The position numbers and the translations under genes are program-made. DNA of 64,000 bases from the NCBI GenBank assembly GCA_963850235.1, contig CAWKKM010000019.1:88949-152948 (forward strand). Direction: 5' to 3'. The stretch's first letter is position 1. The number at the start of each line of letters is the position of its first letter. Source of the stretch: an uncultured Acidobacteriaceae bacterium (GTDB lineage: Bacteria; Acidobacteriota; Terriglobia; Terriglobales; Acidobacteriaceae). This document shows positions 1-9,592 of this stretch, in pieces. The notes beneath the pieces are model-generated. The model saw only the letters and a list, made by a program, of their open reading frames with translations, was not told the DNA's origin and did no database searches.

Positions 1-1053
1 GTTCATATCCACACCGGCGGGCTGACCGGGCCGGCGGGTCATGGTGCCCACGTTGGAGGACATTTGATTCATCATGTGGTGCGGCAGGTGGCAATGCAGC
101 ATCCAGTCGCCGATGCGGTCGGCGGTGATTTCTATGTCCCGGGCCTGCGCCACGCCCACCAGGACCGTGGTGCCGGGCCACCAGGCGGTTTCTGGAATGC
201 GGCCTCCCTCGGTGCCCGTGACCTGGAACGTGTATCCGTGAATATGCAAGGGGTGATGGTCCATGCCCAGGTTCACAAAGCGAATGCGGACCCGGTCGCC
301 CTGGCGGACAATCAGCGGAGTGGATGCAGGACCCGCTTTGCCGTTGAGCAGCAGCCAGTTGTATTCCATGTTCATGGTGTTGGGCACGGTGTTGTTGGGC
401 AGGATGGCGTATTCCTGCAGGTGAAGCAGGAAGTCCTTGTCGCAGCGCGGGTGGTACGGGGTGCGGGGGTGCATGATGAACCCGCCAAGCATGCCCGCCA
501 TTTCCTGCATGGCCATGTGCGAGTGGTAGAAGTAGGTGCCGGTCTGGTGAATATCGAATTCATAGATGAAGCGGCCGCCGGGTTTTACCGGCTCCTGGCT
601 GATGCCGGGCATGCCGTCGTTGCCGATCACGTCTTCGAAGCCATGCCAGTGGATGGAGCTTGCCTCGGGCAAGTGGTTGTCGAAGATAACGCGGACGTGA
701 TCGCCCTGGTTGACCTGGATGGTTGGGCCCGGAGCGCTGCCGTTGAATCCCCAGACGTCGATGGTTTTGTCCGGGTGGATTTTCTGGCGGAGGACTTCGG
801 CGACCAGATTGTAGACCTTGGTGGAGCCGTCCATGGTGTAGGCGAGGTCGCCAACATCGGTGGTTACTACGGGTGTTTGTTGTTTTGAAGAGGGTGTAGC
901 GTGGCCGGCGGGTGGCGCGGATTGCGGTGCGGCGTGCGCCGGCGCGGGCATGGGCATTTGCATTTGCATGGTTTGGGCGGATAGGGTGCGCGCGGCGAAA
1001 AGAGCAGAGCAGGCGCCCAGGGTGCGGCCCAGGAAGGTGCGTCGGGTACTCAT
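1..1053 (-). CDS. multicopper oxidase (CopA/CueO-like), Tat-exported; 3' end lies beyond the window edge
   Basis: Manual minus-strand translation from the ATG at 1051-1053 gives MSTRRTFLGRTLGACSALFAARTLSAQ, a twin-arginine signal. Copper-ligand motifs follow: HWHG (ca. 640-660), YHSH (ca. 515-540) and GDWMLHCHLPHHMMNQM (ca. 60-115). The frame stays open to position 1. The gene is missing from the ORF track because it has no stop inside the window. Confidence 0.85.
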   Translation of the reverse strand, partial: MSTRRTFLGRTLGACSALFAARTLSAQTMQMQMPMPAPAHAAPQSAPPAGHATPSSKQQTPVVTTDVGDLAYTMDGSTKVYNLVAEVLRQKIHPDKTIDVWGFNGSAPGPTIQVNQGDHVRVIFDNHLPEASSIHWHGFEDVIGNDGMPGISQEPVKPGGRFIYEFDIHQTGTYFYHSHMAMQEMAGMLGGFIMHPRTPYHPRCDKDFLLHLQEYAILPNNTVPNTMNMEYNWLLLNGKAGPASTPLIVRQGDRVRIRFVNLGMDHHPLHIHGYTFQVTGTEGGRIPETAWWPGTTVLVGVAQARDIEITADRIGDWMLHCHLPHHMMNQMSSNVGTMTRRPGQPAGVDMN

Positions 1054-1603
1054 GGTGACTCCTGATAGATCGATGAACGATGAGGGGGCAGAGGGACCGG
1101 CGGGCGCAGATTTCCCTCAGAGAAAAGGAGCAGAAGAGGAGGACTAGACGCGCAGAGGGGTGAGGAGAGGCGGGTCGCCTACGGTACTTCGGAGCTGAAG
1201 AGAAACGGGGGAGCGGGCGGCGACGGTCAAGACGGGGAGCAGGGTTGGACGCGCGTCTGCGTGAATCGTTGGTTGGATTAAGATTTTTTGCTGGTTCTTT
1301 GCCAGGAGATCGATCACACAGGAGGCGGTGGCGCTGGAGGGGCAGGTCTGACCTGTGATGCCCGTTGTTGATGGGTGCATCGCGTGGCAGTGGGTCATTG
1401 CGGCTACGGTGCTGCTGGCTTGCTGATGTTGGAGACACTGCGCGCCGCAGACGAACGGAGGCTGCTTGGGTAAGAAGCAGGGCGAGGATCAGCACCACAA
1501 TGGTGGTGGATGGAATCTGTCGCGCTAGTGATCGTAGGAGAAGGGTCACGACAGGTTCAGGATACGCTTTTCAAAAGCTATGGAGGGGCTTCGCCCGGTC
1601 TTT

Positions 1604-1757
1604 TTAGGCCCACGTATGCGGCTTTCCTTAATGAAAGCCGCACACGCGGCTTGGTGGCGCCCCGTGGCAGGAATCCGGGTGCCAGTTTTTTCGGCCCCGT
1701 ACGCCCCACGGAGACCGGGGCAGGCTTGGCGAACGTGGGGCACCCGTCCAGTTTCCT
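1604..1757 (+). repeat. A-type hairpin repeat units (two, one with an enlarged loop)
   Basis: GGCCCACGTATGCG (1607-1620) and TTCGGCCCCGTACGC...GCGAACGTGGGGCACCCGTCC (ca. 1690-1749) match the units at 29414, 46801 and 55160. There is an internal hairpin TGCGGCTTTC-CTTAAT-GAAAGCCGCA at 1617-1642. Confidence 0.8.
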
Positions 1758-1794
1758 GTGGGTTGAATTTGGGTCGAGTTTCAGGTTGAGTGCG

Positions 1795-1850
1795 GTGGTA
1801 TCCCACATCTCGCGAAAAACGAGCGAGATATGGGGCACCCATCACCCGTC
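1795..1850 (+). repeat. B-type hairpin repeat unit
   Basis: GTGGTATCCCACATCTCGCG-AAAAA-CGAGCGAGATATGGGGCACCC is nearly identical to 61344-61394. It is followed by a short tandem GTCTTCCCGTCC x2 (1848-1859 and 1861-1872). Confidence 0.85.
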
Positions 1851-1908
1851 TTCCCGTCCAGTCTTCCCGTCCCGTCTTTCGTTGCAGTTTCCTCCGGTTG
1901 GTGTCAGC

Positions 1909-2058
1909 TTATTGGTCGGTGAAGGGTCTTATCGGCAGCAGGATCAGGGCGGTCGTGGCCAAGTGATAGAGCAACATACGCTCCGCCAACGGAATGGAAG
2001 TCAGCAGGACGGCTATCACGGTCTTCCATGTCCCGCTTCGCAAAGCATTGCCGGCCAT
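1909..2058 (-). CDS. small hydrophobic protein, 49 aa, probably two TM segments (hypothetical)
   Basis: Manual translation gives MAGNALRSGTWKTVIAVLLTSIPLAERMLLYHLATTALILLPIRPFTDQ*. The ATG at 2056-2058 is preceded by a strong Shine-Dalgarno, AAGGGAGGGAAAGAA-ATG. It is below the ORF-track size cut-off. I recognise no family. Confidence 0.4.
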   Translation of the reverse strand: MAGNALRSGTWKTVIAVLLTSIPLAERMLLYHLATTALILLPIRPFTDQ

Positions 2059-2222
2059 TTCTTTCCCTCCCTTGGTGCGTGATGACTGAGACCGAAAGAT
2101 TCGGGGAAAGTCGCCCGAGTCTTTTTTGAATCATTAGTGTTGCGTTCATCGGCACATCCCGGCCGGCGTTCTATAACACTCTGGGATAATGAACGCAGGG
2201 ACCTTCTGCCTTCCCCCGCTCA

Positions 2223-3878
2223 ATGACCACCTTGAACACAGATCAGTTGGAGACCCCGGCGAAACTTAACGGGTTTGAGCCGCTTGGGGTGCCGCTTTTC
2301 CGGAACCTGTGGCTGGCGTCCATTGTTTCCAACCTGGGCGGGTGGATGCAGGACACGGCGGGCACGTGGCTGATGACCGTGCTCACCACGTCTCCTCTGC
2401 TCATTGCCCTGATGCAGACGGCGGCCAGCCTTCCCGTGGTCATCCTGGGCCTGCTGGCGGGAGCGACGGCCGATATTTTCGATCGCCGGCGGCTGCTTAT
2501 TTTCTGGCAGGCGTGGATGCTCACGGCGGTCGCCATTCTTAGCGTGCTCACGTTCTTTGACGTGATCTCGCCCTGGATTCTGCTGATTCTCACCTTCCTG
2601 CTGAACATCGGCGCGGCCATGAACAGCCCGGCATGGCAGGCGATTGTGCCGGAAGTGATTCCGCGGGCGCAGCTCCCGGATGCCGTCTCACTCAACTCGG
2701 CCGGGTTCAACCTGGCCCGCGCCCTGGGGCCCGCCATGGGCGGCCTGATGGTGGCGCTTTTTGCCGTGGCCACGACCGGCGCGGCCTCGGTGTTCCTGCT
2801 CAATTCCCTCTCCTTTGTCGGGGTCATCTGGGTTTTGTATCGCTGGCACCGCAAGCCGCTGTTCAAGAGCGCGCTTCCGTCCGAGCGTATTCAGGGGTCG
2901 GTGCGCGCAGGGATTCGCTACCTGCGGTACGCTCCCATGCTGCAGGCGGCCTTCATGCGGACGCTCATCTTCACTCTTTTTGTGAGCGCCGTTTGGGCCC
3001 TGCTGGCCATCGTGGCCCGTAACGATATGCGGCAGGGTGCTATGGGGTATGGAATCCTGAATGGCAGCATGGGGCTTGGCGCGGTGATTGGCGCCACCAG
3101 CCTGCCCCGGGTGCGCAGGGTCCTGGCCGCGGACGCCATCATCGGCACAGCCAGCGGTGTGTTCGTAGCCACCCTGGCGGTTCTGGCGCTAGTCAAGAGC
3201 CCCTGGTTCATTATTCCTATGCTGATTGCCGCCGGGTTTGCCTGGACCAGTGCTATGTCTACCCTCAACCTCGCCGTGCAGGTATCTGCTCCAGCATGGG
3301 TGCAGGCTCGGGCGCTGGGCGCCTACCAGATGATCTTTGCCGGCGGCATGGCCTTGGGCAGTGTGATATGGGGCTTTATCGCGGAGCACGTTTCCACCTC
3401 GAAGTCTCTCCTGTGTGCGTCTGCCGGGCTGGCGATCACTCTCCCTCTCTCTCTTCGTTTTCATGTGCTGCGCGGAGTACAGCCGGATCTCAGTCCCCAT
3501 CGCTACACGCTGCCGCCTCCCAAGCTGAATTCGGAGCGAGACGATAGCGAAGGGCCGGTCCGGGTTTCTGTCGATTACCACATTGACCCGCGAGACTATG
3601 CCGGCTTTACCAAAGCGGTGCACCAGCTGCGGGATGTGCGATTGCGTAATGGCGCGATTCGCTGGGGTGTCTACCAGGACGCCTCGGACCCCGGGCATAT
3701 CAACGAAACGTTTGTGACCGAGTCGTGGCTGGAATACTTGCGCCAGAGGGAGCGCTTCACTGCCTCCGATCGGCAGGTTCTGGAAAGGGTGTGGAGCTTC
3801 CATCGCGGGACAGAACCACCCCGGATTTCGCACATGTTCTACGCAAAGGAAGTGAGTGACCCGCAGGCCGCGGATTGA
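2223..3878 (+). CDS. MFS transporter (MFS_3/EntS-like) with a soluble C-terminal extension of about 130 aa
   Basis: The 551-aa ORF has about 12 hydrophobic segments through residue ~410. A hydrophilic tail follows (GPVRVSVDYHIDPRDYAGFTKAVHQLRDVRLRNGAIRWGVYQD...). Confidence 0.8.
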   Translation: MTTLNTDQLETPAKLNGFEPLGVPLFRNLWLASIVSNLGGWMQDTAGTWLMTVLTTSPLLIALMQTAASLPVVILGLLAGATADIFDRRRLLIFWQAWMLTAVAILSVLTFFDVISPWILLILTFLLNIGAAMNSPAWQAIVPEVIPRAQLPDAVSLNSAGFNLARALGPAMGGLMVALFAVATTGAASVFLLNSLSFVGVIWVLYRWHRKPLFKSALPSERIQGSVRAGIRYLRYAPMLQAAFMRTLIFTLFVSAVWALLAIVARNDMRQGAMGYGILNGSMGLGAVIGATSLPRVRRVLAADAIIGTASGVFVATLAVLALVKSPWFIIPMLIAAGFAWTSAMSTLNLAVQVSAPAWVQARALGAYQMIFAGGMALGSVIWGFIAEHVSTSKSLLCASAGLAITLPLSLRFHVLRGVQPDLSPHRYTLPPPKLNSERDDSEGPVRVSVDYHIDPRDYAGFTKAVHQLRDVRLRNGAIRWGVYQDASDPGHINETFVTESWLEYLRQRERFTASDRQVLERVWSFHRGTEPPRISHMFYAKEVSDPQAAD

Positions 3879-3884
3879 GGGTTT

Positions 3885-4850
3885 TCAGCAGTTTAGACCG
3901 GCCTTACTCAGAGTTTCCTTGAGGCCTTTCATGCTGACTCGCGTGGAGGCTTCCGGCGTGCCCGCACCGCGCCAATGGGTCTCCAGGCTCACCGCGTAGT
4001 GATAACCATCTTTGGCGAAGGCTCGGAATTGGCCTACCCAGTCAACCACCCCCGCACCCACAGGCGCCCACTCATACTTTTTCCCCGCTGGCCGGACTAC
4101 ATCTTTTGCGTGGCAATGCCCGATGCGCTCGAAAGGCAGCAGGCGGTAGCCATCCGGATAGGGAGTACTGTTCAGCGCTGCCGCGTTTCCGGGATCCCAG
4201 TTGAGCATGAAGTTTTTGTTGGGGATGGCCTTGAGGACGGCGGCCGACTCCTCGCCCGTGGCGGTGTTGCAGGCCATTTCATTTTCCAGCAGCAGGATCA
4301 GGTTGTTCTTGGCGCAGGTCTCAGCAGCCCCACGCAGCTTTTCGTTGATCGCGGCGCGATAGGGCGCCTGGTTCTCCAGCCGCCAGAAGTCGAAGCAGCG
4401 AATGCGATCGGTCTTGAATTGCTTTGACAGCTCCATGCAGTGTTCCAGCAACTGATCCTGTTGCTTGAAGTCGAAGCCCGCGTGGAACTGGTCGCGCTTT
4501 GGGCTCTCTTTGGAAAGCGGGGCTCCGGGCCAATCCACTTTAAAGAGTGGGCTGGCAATGTCGGTAACGCGCAGTTGATATTTTTCTAAAATGCGCTGCG
4601 ATTCGGCGATCTCTTTGGCATCGAGTTCGGTTACGTTCTTGTTCCACATGGAGCGCAGTTCGATCCAGTGCAAGCCGAAATCTTTGGTGGCAATCTCGCA
4701 GGCCCGGCCGAAATCGGGTGTTATTTCGTCATTGATTACGGAAAGTTTGAACGGGCAGCTGCCGGCGAAGGCTCGAGCTGCTTTGCTCAGTTGAGTCATC
4801 GCGCCTGCAGCGGTCAGCGATGCTATGAAGTCGCGGCGGGATGCAGACAT
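3885..4850 (-). CDS. sugar phosphate isomerase/epimerase family protein (xylose-isomerase-like TIM barrel), Tat signal
   Basis: This is ORF 3885..4889. The likely start is the internal ATG at 4848-4850, giving MSASRRDFIASLTAAGAM (an RR motif). The body resembles AP_endonuc_2/TIM-barrel proteins. Confidence 0.75.
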   Translation of the reverse strand: MSASRRDFIASLTAAGAMTQLSKAARAFAGSCPFKLSVINDEITPDFGRACEIATKDFGLHWIELRSMWNKNVTELDAKEIAESQRILEKYQLRVTDIASPLFKVDWPGAPLSKESPKRDQFHAGFDFKQQDQLLEHCMELSKQFKTDRIRCFDFWRLENQAPYRAAINEKLRGAAETCAKNNLILLLENEMACNTATGEESAAVLKAIPNKNFMLNWDPGNAAALNSTPYPDGYRLLPFERIGHCHAKDVVRPAGKKYEWAPVGAGVVDWVGQFRAFAKDGYHYAVSLETHWRGAGTPEASTRVSMKGLKETLSKAGLNC

Positions 4851-4925
4851 ATGAGCGGACCCTTTCACCACTGCGACCACGATATCCAATGGCAGCTATG
4901 GCTTGCAAGCCACGCTTCCCCGTGA

Positions 4926-6512
4926 TCATGCTTTCGTGGCGCCCACCTTCTCGCAAATCAGCTTTAACGCACGGTGGGCAGAAAGAGCCGCGCCCTCCTG
5001 CCAGCCGATGATGTGACTACAGTGGTCGCCGGCGAAGAAGATGGGACCGTCGGGTTCAATGAATTGCTTGTAGGGGCCATCGTAGTATCCGGGGCTCTTG
5101 TCCTCCGGGTCGGTGATGGCACGAGTGACCCAGGAACCGAGGTTGTAAGGGATCCTGCCCCAGTTCATATACATGGGGTGGGTGAGCGACTTGCCATATC
5201 CAGGATGAAGCCTTTCGATGGCGGCCTGGGAAGCGTCGAACCTCGCCTGCATGTGGGGCAGCTTGCCAAAATCGCTGCCGTTTTCCACTCCGTAGCCAGA
5301 GATGACCACACCTTTTTCGCTGAATAGCTTTGCACTCGGATACCACACGGTCGCCACGGGTCCGCTAAACACCCAGGAGATGCCTCCATAGATATTGAAC
5401 TCAGTCTCCCAAAAACGATCAGCTTCCCAGGCCACCTTGTAGGCGTGGTCGTAGTTGGTGTCGGCAATCGCCTGCGTGATGCGGGGTGAAAAATCGTTGG
5501 GAATGCTCTTGAGAATGCTGATCGGCAAGGCGCAGATGCAGTAATCGCCTTCGATCATTTTGGGTTGGCCGTGTTGAGTGTAGGTTATGCTGACACCCTT
5601 TGCCGTCTTGCGAATCTCCTTGACCTGGGAATCGAAATGAATCACGTCGCCGAGTTTGGCGGCAAATGCATAGGGGATGCGATCCATGCCGCCTACCGGC
5701 TGCGTCATGGTTGCCTGCATGTCCAACACCTCTTCAAACATCATGCCGCCCCAGAAGTTGGCGTCGAGCAAGGAATCCAGGTCGAGCGGCGGCTTTATTT
5801 CTTCCGTCACATTCCCGGCACCGGGCAAGCGTAGCGCGCCTGCGCGATCGGAGCCTTTGTACGTGCAGTCGCTCTTGAGGTCTCCGTAGGTGCGCAAAAA
5901 GGTCAGCATGCGCTCTCTGTCTTGTGCGCTCAGTTCCTGGTTGAGTGCGTTCTGCTGGATGCACTTGGCCAGAAGCTCCGATACATGGCCGCGGGTGTCG
6001 TTGATCGCTTCGCGCTGTTGAATGGCCTTTCCACCGAAGGCCTTATCGTTCACCATCAGAGCACTGCGCGAGCTGTTCACTTCCACTTCCAACGGGACCC
6101 CCAACTCCTTGCAGTAGCCGAGCATCGTGCGGTGGGTCGAGGGAAGCCTCGCTGGACCGGCGTTGAAGTAGCTGTCCGGCTGCCACTCTGCAGTCTGCTT
6201 GGTTCCATCGGTGAATTCAATCGTGGTGCCATTGCGCACGGTCCAATTGCGGCCGCCCGGACGTGTTCGCGCCTCGAGCACCGTACATGAGTAGCCGAGT
6301 TTGCCCATCTCGTAAGCCGAGACCAACCCGGCGATGCCGCCGCCCAGAATCACTACTTTGATTCCCTTGCCGACCTCTGGCGCAGGATTCCACGAGACGG
6401 CCTCGGCCTGCGGCAATGGCAGAAGCCCGAGCGTCTGCATGGTGGTAAATGCTGCTGCGTAGCCGCCCGCCTGTCCAACGCGCATTAACAATTCACGCCT
6501 GGTGATGCCCAT
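4926..6512 (-). CDS. flavin-dependent amine oxidase family protein, Tat signal
   Basis: The protein is 528 aa. The N-terminus is MGITRRELLMRVGQAGGYAAAF. A dinucleotide-binding fold is present: KVVILGGGIAGLVSAYEMGKLGYSCTVLEARTRPGGR. Confidence 0.85.
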   Translation of the reverse strand: MGITRRELLMRVGQAGGYAAAFTTMQTLGLLPLPQAEAVSWNPAPEVGKGIKVVILGGGIAGLVSAYEMGKLGYSCTVLEARTRPGGRNWTVRNGTTIEFTDGTKQTAEWQPDSYFNAGPARLPSTHRTMLGYCKELGVPLEVEVNSSRSALMVNDKAFGGKAIQQREAINDTRGHVSELLAKCIQQNALNQELSAQDRERMLTFLRTYGDLKSDCTYKGSDRAGALRLPGAGNVTEEIKPPLDLDSLLDANFWGGMMFEEVLDMQATMTQPVGGMDRIPYAFAAKLGDVIHFDSQVKEIRKTAKGVSITYTQHGQPKMIEGDYCICALPISILKSIPNDFSPRITQAIADTNYDHAYKVAWEADRFWETEFNIYGGISWVFSGPVATVWYPSAKLFSEKGVVISGYGVENGSDFGKLPHMQARFDASQAAIERLHPGYGKSLTHPMYMNWGRIPYNLGSWVTRAITDPEDKSPGYYDGPYKQFIEPDGPIFFAGDHCSHIIGWQEGAALSAHRALKLICEKVGATKA

Positions 6513-6524
6513 ATTGTTCTCTCC

Positions 6525-9500
6525 TTACCGTGTTCCGCAGATCGACTTACCGATAGAGTTGCCGGGAACGAAGGGATCGATAATTTCGCCCACGGAATGG
6601 ATCTCGCCGTTTTTCATCACGCATTGCACATTCGCCGCGGCACTGATGTCTGCCAGCGGATCTCCGTCGACAATGATCAGGTCTGCCAATTTTCCAGGCT
6701 CGAGTGTCCCGAGGTCCTTGTCGAGGGCGTAGGCTTTGGCCGGGAGCCATGTCGCCGTTTCGAGCGCCTGCCAGGGTGGCAGGCCGAACTTGACCTGCGC
6801 GCGCAGGTTCAGGTGCAGCGACGTTGCCGGGATATCGAGCGGGGAGTCAGTCCCTGCCAGCATCGTGCCGCCACCGCGCAAAACACTGGCTACGGTCGAT
6901 TCTTCGTCGCCCAAGCCGCGTTAAGGCGTTTTGTTGATCTTCCTTGGTGGTGGTGGCAACGGCGAGCGAGAGCCGCTTCTGATCCCACGGAGGCGCGACC
7001 AGGTGGCGCGGGTCGTTCGCCATAGCGGGGTCCTGGGCATAGAGGGCGGGGCTGAAGGTGGTGGAGATGGTCCACATGCCGGACTCGAGGAGAAGTTTGC
7101 GCACATCCTCGTAGCTGGCGCCGGTAAAGGAGCGGGAGTAGGCATAGCCCGTGCGCGCCGTGGCGCTGATGTGGCTCATGCCGTCGTTGCCCAGCGAAAC
7201 AGCGGGCAACAGATAATGAGACGCCGTTTCCACGCCCATCTGCTCATGGGCGAAATGATCGGCCTTCACTTGCCACGCGTAAGCCAGCCGGACGTAGAGC
7301 TTAACCAGATCGAAGTCCAGAGCCTTGAGACGGTTGAGTTCACGATAGAGTTGGGCTTCGCTGGTGGTGGGAATCATCATGCTGTAGTACACGCGCTCGC
7401 CATCGATGGCTTCTCCGGTGGGGAAAAGCCGCGGTCCGATTTCCGCACCTGAGTCGTAGCCTTCCTGGCGTTCTTTGGCGCGGTACGCCATGTCTGCCAG
7501 GTCGCGAAGTTCGGTGACGCCGTAAGCCAGCCAGAGCCGCGAGTCGCGATCGCCGTCATAGATAGAGGCGATCGAGTTGGGGTGAACGTGATTCTCCCAA
7601 AGACCGGGCAGCACCGTAGCATGCGACGCATCGATCACCCTCACCGACGAGTCAGGCGCCTGGTTGCTGTGCGGGCTGACACGCTGGACTCGATTGTCCA
7701 CGATCAGGATGTCGACATCTTTTTGCTCCTCAGGTCCCTGCCCTTTCCAGAAGCGGCCGGCATGGATCAGCACTCGCTGGTGCGGCGCAACGTCGTGGTA
7801 CGTGAGATCGACAGGGACTGGTGTGATCTTTCGCGTGTCGCGATCGATCAGGCGCAGCTTGCCATCAGAGACATAGAGCAGGTGCTTCGAATCCGCGCTC
7901 CAGGTGGGTGCGTCGCTGGTTTCATTGTTCAGCGCAGTCGCTTTACCGTTAGGCTGGCCGTTCGCGTCAACGGGCATCACGTAGAGGAGGTCATCCATGA
8001 TGAAGGCCATCTCCTTGCCATTTGGCGAGTAGACGGGCCCATCTTCTCCGCGCGTGGTGACGGATTCGAAGGGAGCAGGTTCGGTATAGCGCTGCGCCTG
8101 CGTGGCTACGTCCACGGTCAAGATTTGCGTGGTGCCTTCGCGATAGCGTTTTGTATATGGCTTGACGGCGGCCATCGCGATCGTCTTCCCATCGGGAGAC
8201 CAGGCCGCCCGGCCGGGAAAGTAGGTCGGAGGAGCAAGCGGAACCACCTTGCCAGTAAGCGATATCGACAATCCGCGTGGCCTCAGTGTTGTCCTGGAAT
8301 GCGAGGCGCGTGCCATCCGGCGACCACGCAGGCAGGATTTGTGCCGAATCCGTCGTAGGCGCCACCTGCTTCTCGCTTCCCGTGGCAACATCGACGACAT
8401 AGATGTTCTCTACACCGTTTTTGTCCGAAACGTAGGCGAGCGATTTGCCGTCCGGTGACCACTGGGGCCCCTGCTTATAGAAAGCGTCGTGTGTGATCGC
8501 GTGCGGGGTCTTTCCGATCTCCATGACATAGAGCTGATTCAGCGCGATGAACGCTACATGCTTGCCGTCAGGCGCGAGCGCTGGGGCGTAAATGCCTTTC
8601 ACCTGGTGGGCCGTCGCAGGATCAAAGCTGTATCGCTTGGGCGTGTATTGTGGGCGAACGCTCTTGATCGCCGCCTCGAAGGGAATCTGTGTCTCTGCCT
8701 TGGTCTCTAAATCTATTTTGAGCAGCTTGCCGTTGGCAGTGTAGAGCAGCCGATCGGGGGAAAGCCATGCCGTTGGGAAAGGAAAAACGTCGTCTTCTTT
8801 GCTCACCTGCTCACCGGAGACCATCAGGTGAGCGGAATTCATGAATAAACCCGAGCCGCTGAATTGTATGTAACTGATACATTTTCCGTCTGGAGAATAC
8901 GAGGGCGATTCAAGCCGGCCTTCTCTACCGCCCAGGGTCGCCACCGTATGCTGCTTGCCATCGGCGGTAATCTCTTCAACGGTCTTACCTGCAATTCCCA
9001 CGCCGCTGACAAAGGCCAGCTCGGCGCCGGAGGGAGCCCAGGTGGGCTCGAATTCATCAGCGTCACCGGTCGTCCATTGTTTGAGCGTGCCGCCGGCGAG
9101 ATTCACCGTCCAGATGTCGTAGCTGCCTTTGAATGCCCGATCAGACGAGAAGGCAATGGCGGAGCCGTCCGGGGAGAAGCTTGGCTCTCTGTCATCTCCA
9201 TGCCCGCTGGTGATCTGGCGCAGATCGGTGCCGTCAGGTTTCATCGTCCAGATGTGGAAGGTTCCCCCGGCGTAGGACTGAAAAGCGAGGAGATCACCCT
9301 TCGGAGACCAGCTTGGATGCGAAGCTTCGGTAACAGCGTCGGTGAGCTGCGTAGCCTTGCCACCGCTCATGGGCAGCGACCAGAGTAGCCCCTGCAGATC
9401 CATGATGATGGTCTGATGGTTGGGGGAAACGGTCACGGAAAAATCCGTGCCTTCATGAACCGTAATCCATTTCGATTGAGCGATCGGGGAACAATACGCC

Positions 9501-9589
9501 GGCAGAAGCAAAGCAATGCCTGCGCAGATTAACAACGATGTGGAACGAAACCCGGATAACAGCCTGAGCATTACAACCTTCTCCCCCAC
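6525..9589 (-). pseudogene. TolB-like (PD40 beta-propeller) / amidohydrolase fusion protein of about 1020 aa, split by two frameshifts as assembled
   Basis: Three overlapping ORFs read as one protein. ORF 7991..9589 carries a signal peptide and SPDG-type PD40 repeats. ORF 6847..8400 carries more PD40 repeats and then the amidohydrolase HxH motif (LWENHVHPNS). ORF 6525..6914 is the amidohydrolase C-terminus (GTDSPLD...GKLADLIIVDGDPL). Frame changes lie at ca. 8225-8275 and ca. 6900-6920. The total length is 3065 nt, which is 3n+2. Confidence 0.75.
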
Positions 9590-9592
9590 AGA

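Noticed and set aside
1144-1398. 84-aa ORF upstream of the multicopper oxidase with a Cys/His-rich start (MTHCHAMHP...)
   Set aside because: A small copper-binding partner is tempting. However, there is no RBS, no signal or TM segment in this frame and no family I recognise. An overlapping frame has a more TM-like N-terminus, so the coding frame is ambiguous.
64-1549. Long ORFs 64..888 (+) and 560..1549 (-) overlapping the multicopper oxidase
   Set aside because: They are Arg/Ala/Gly/Pro-rich translations with no motifs. They lie in alternative frames of a gene whose own frame carries all the copper-ligand signatures. These are typical high-GC shadow ORFs.
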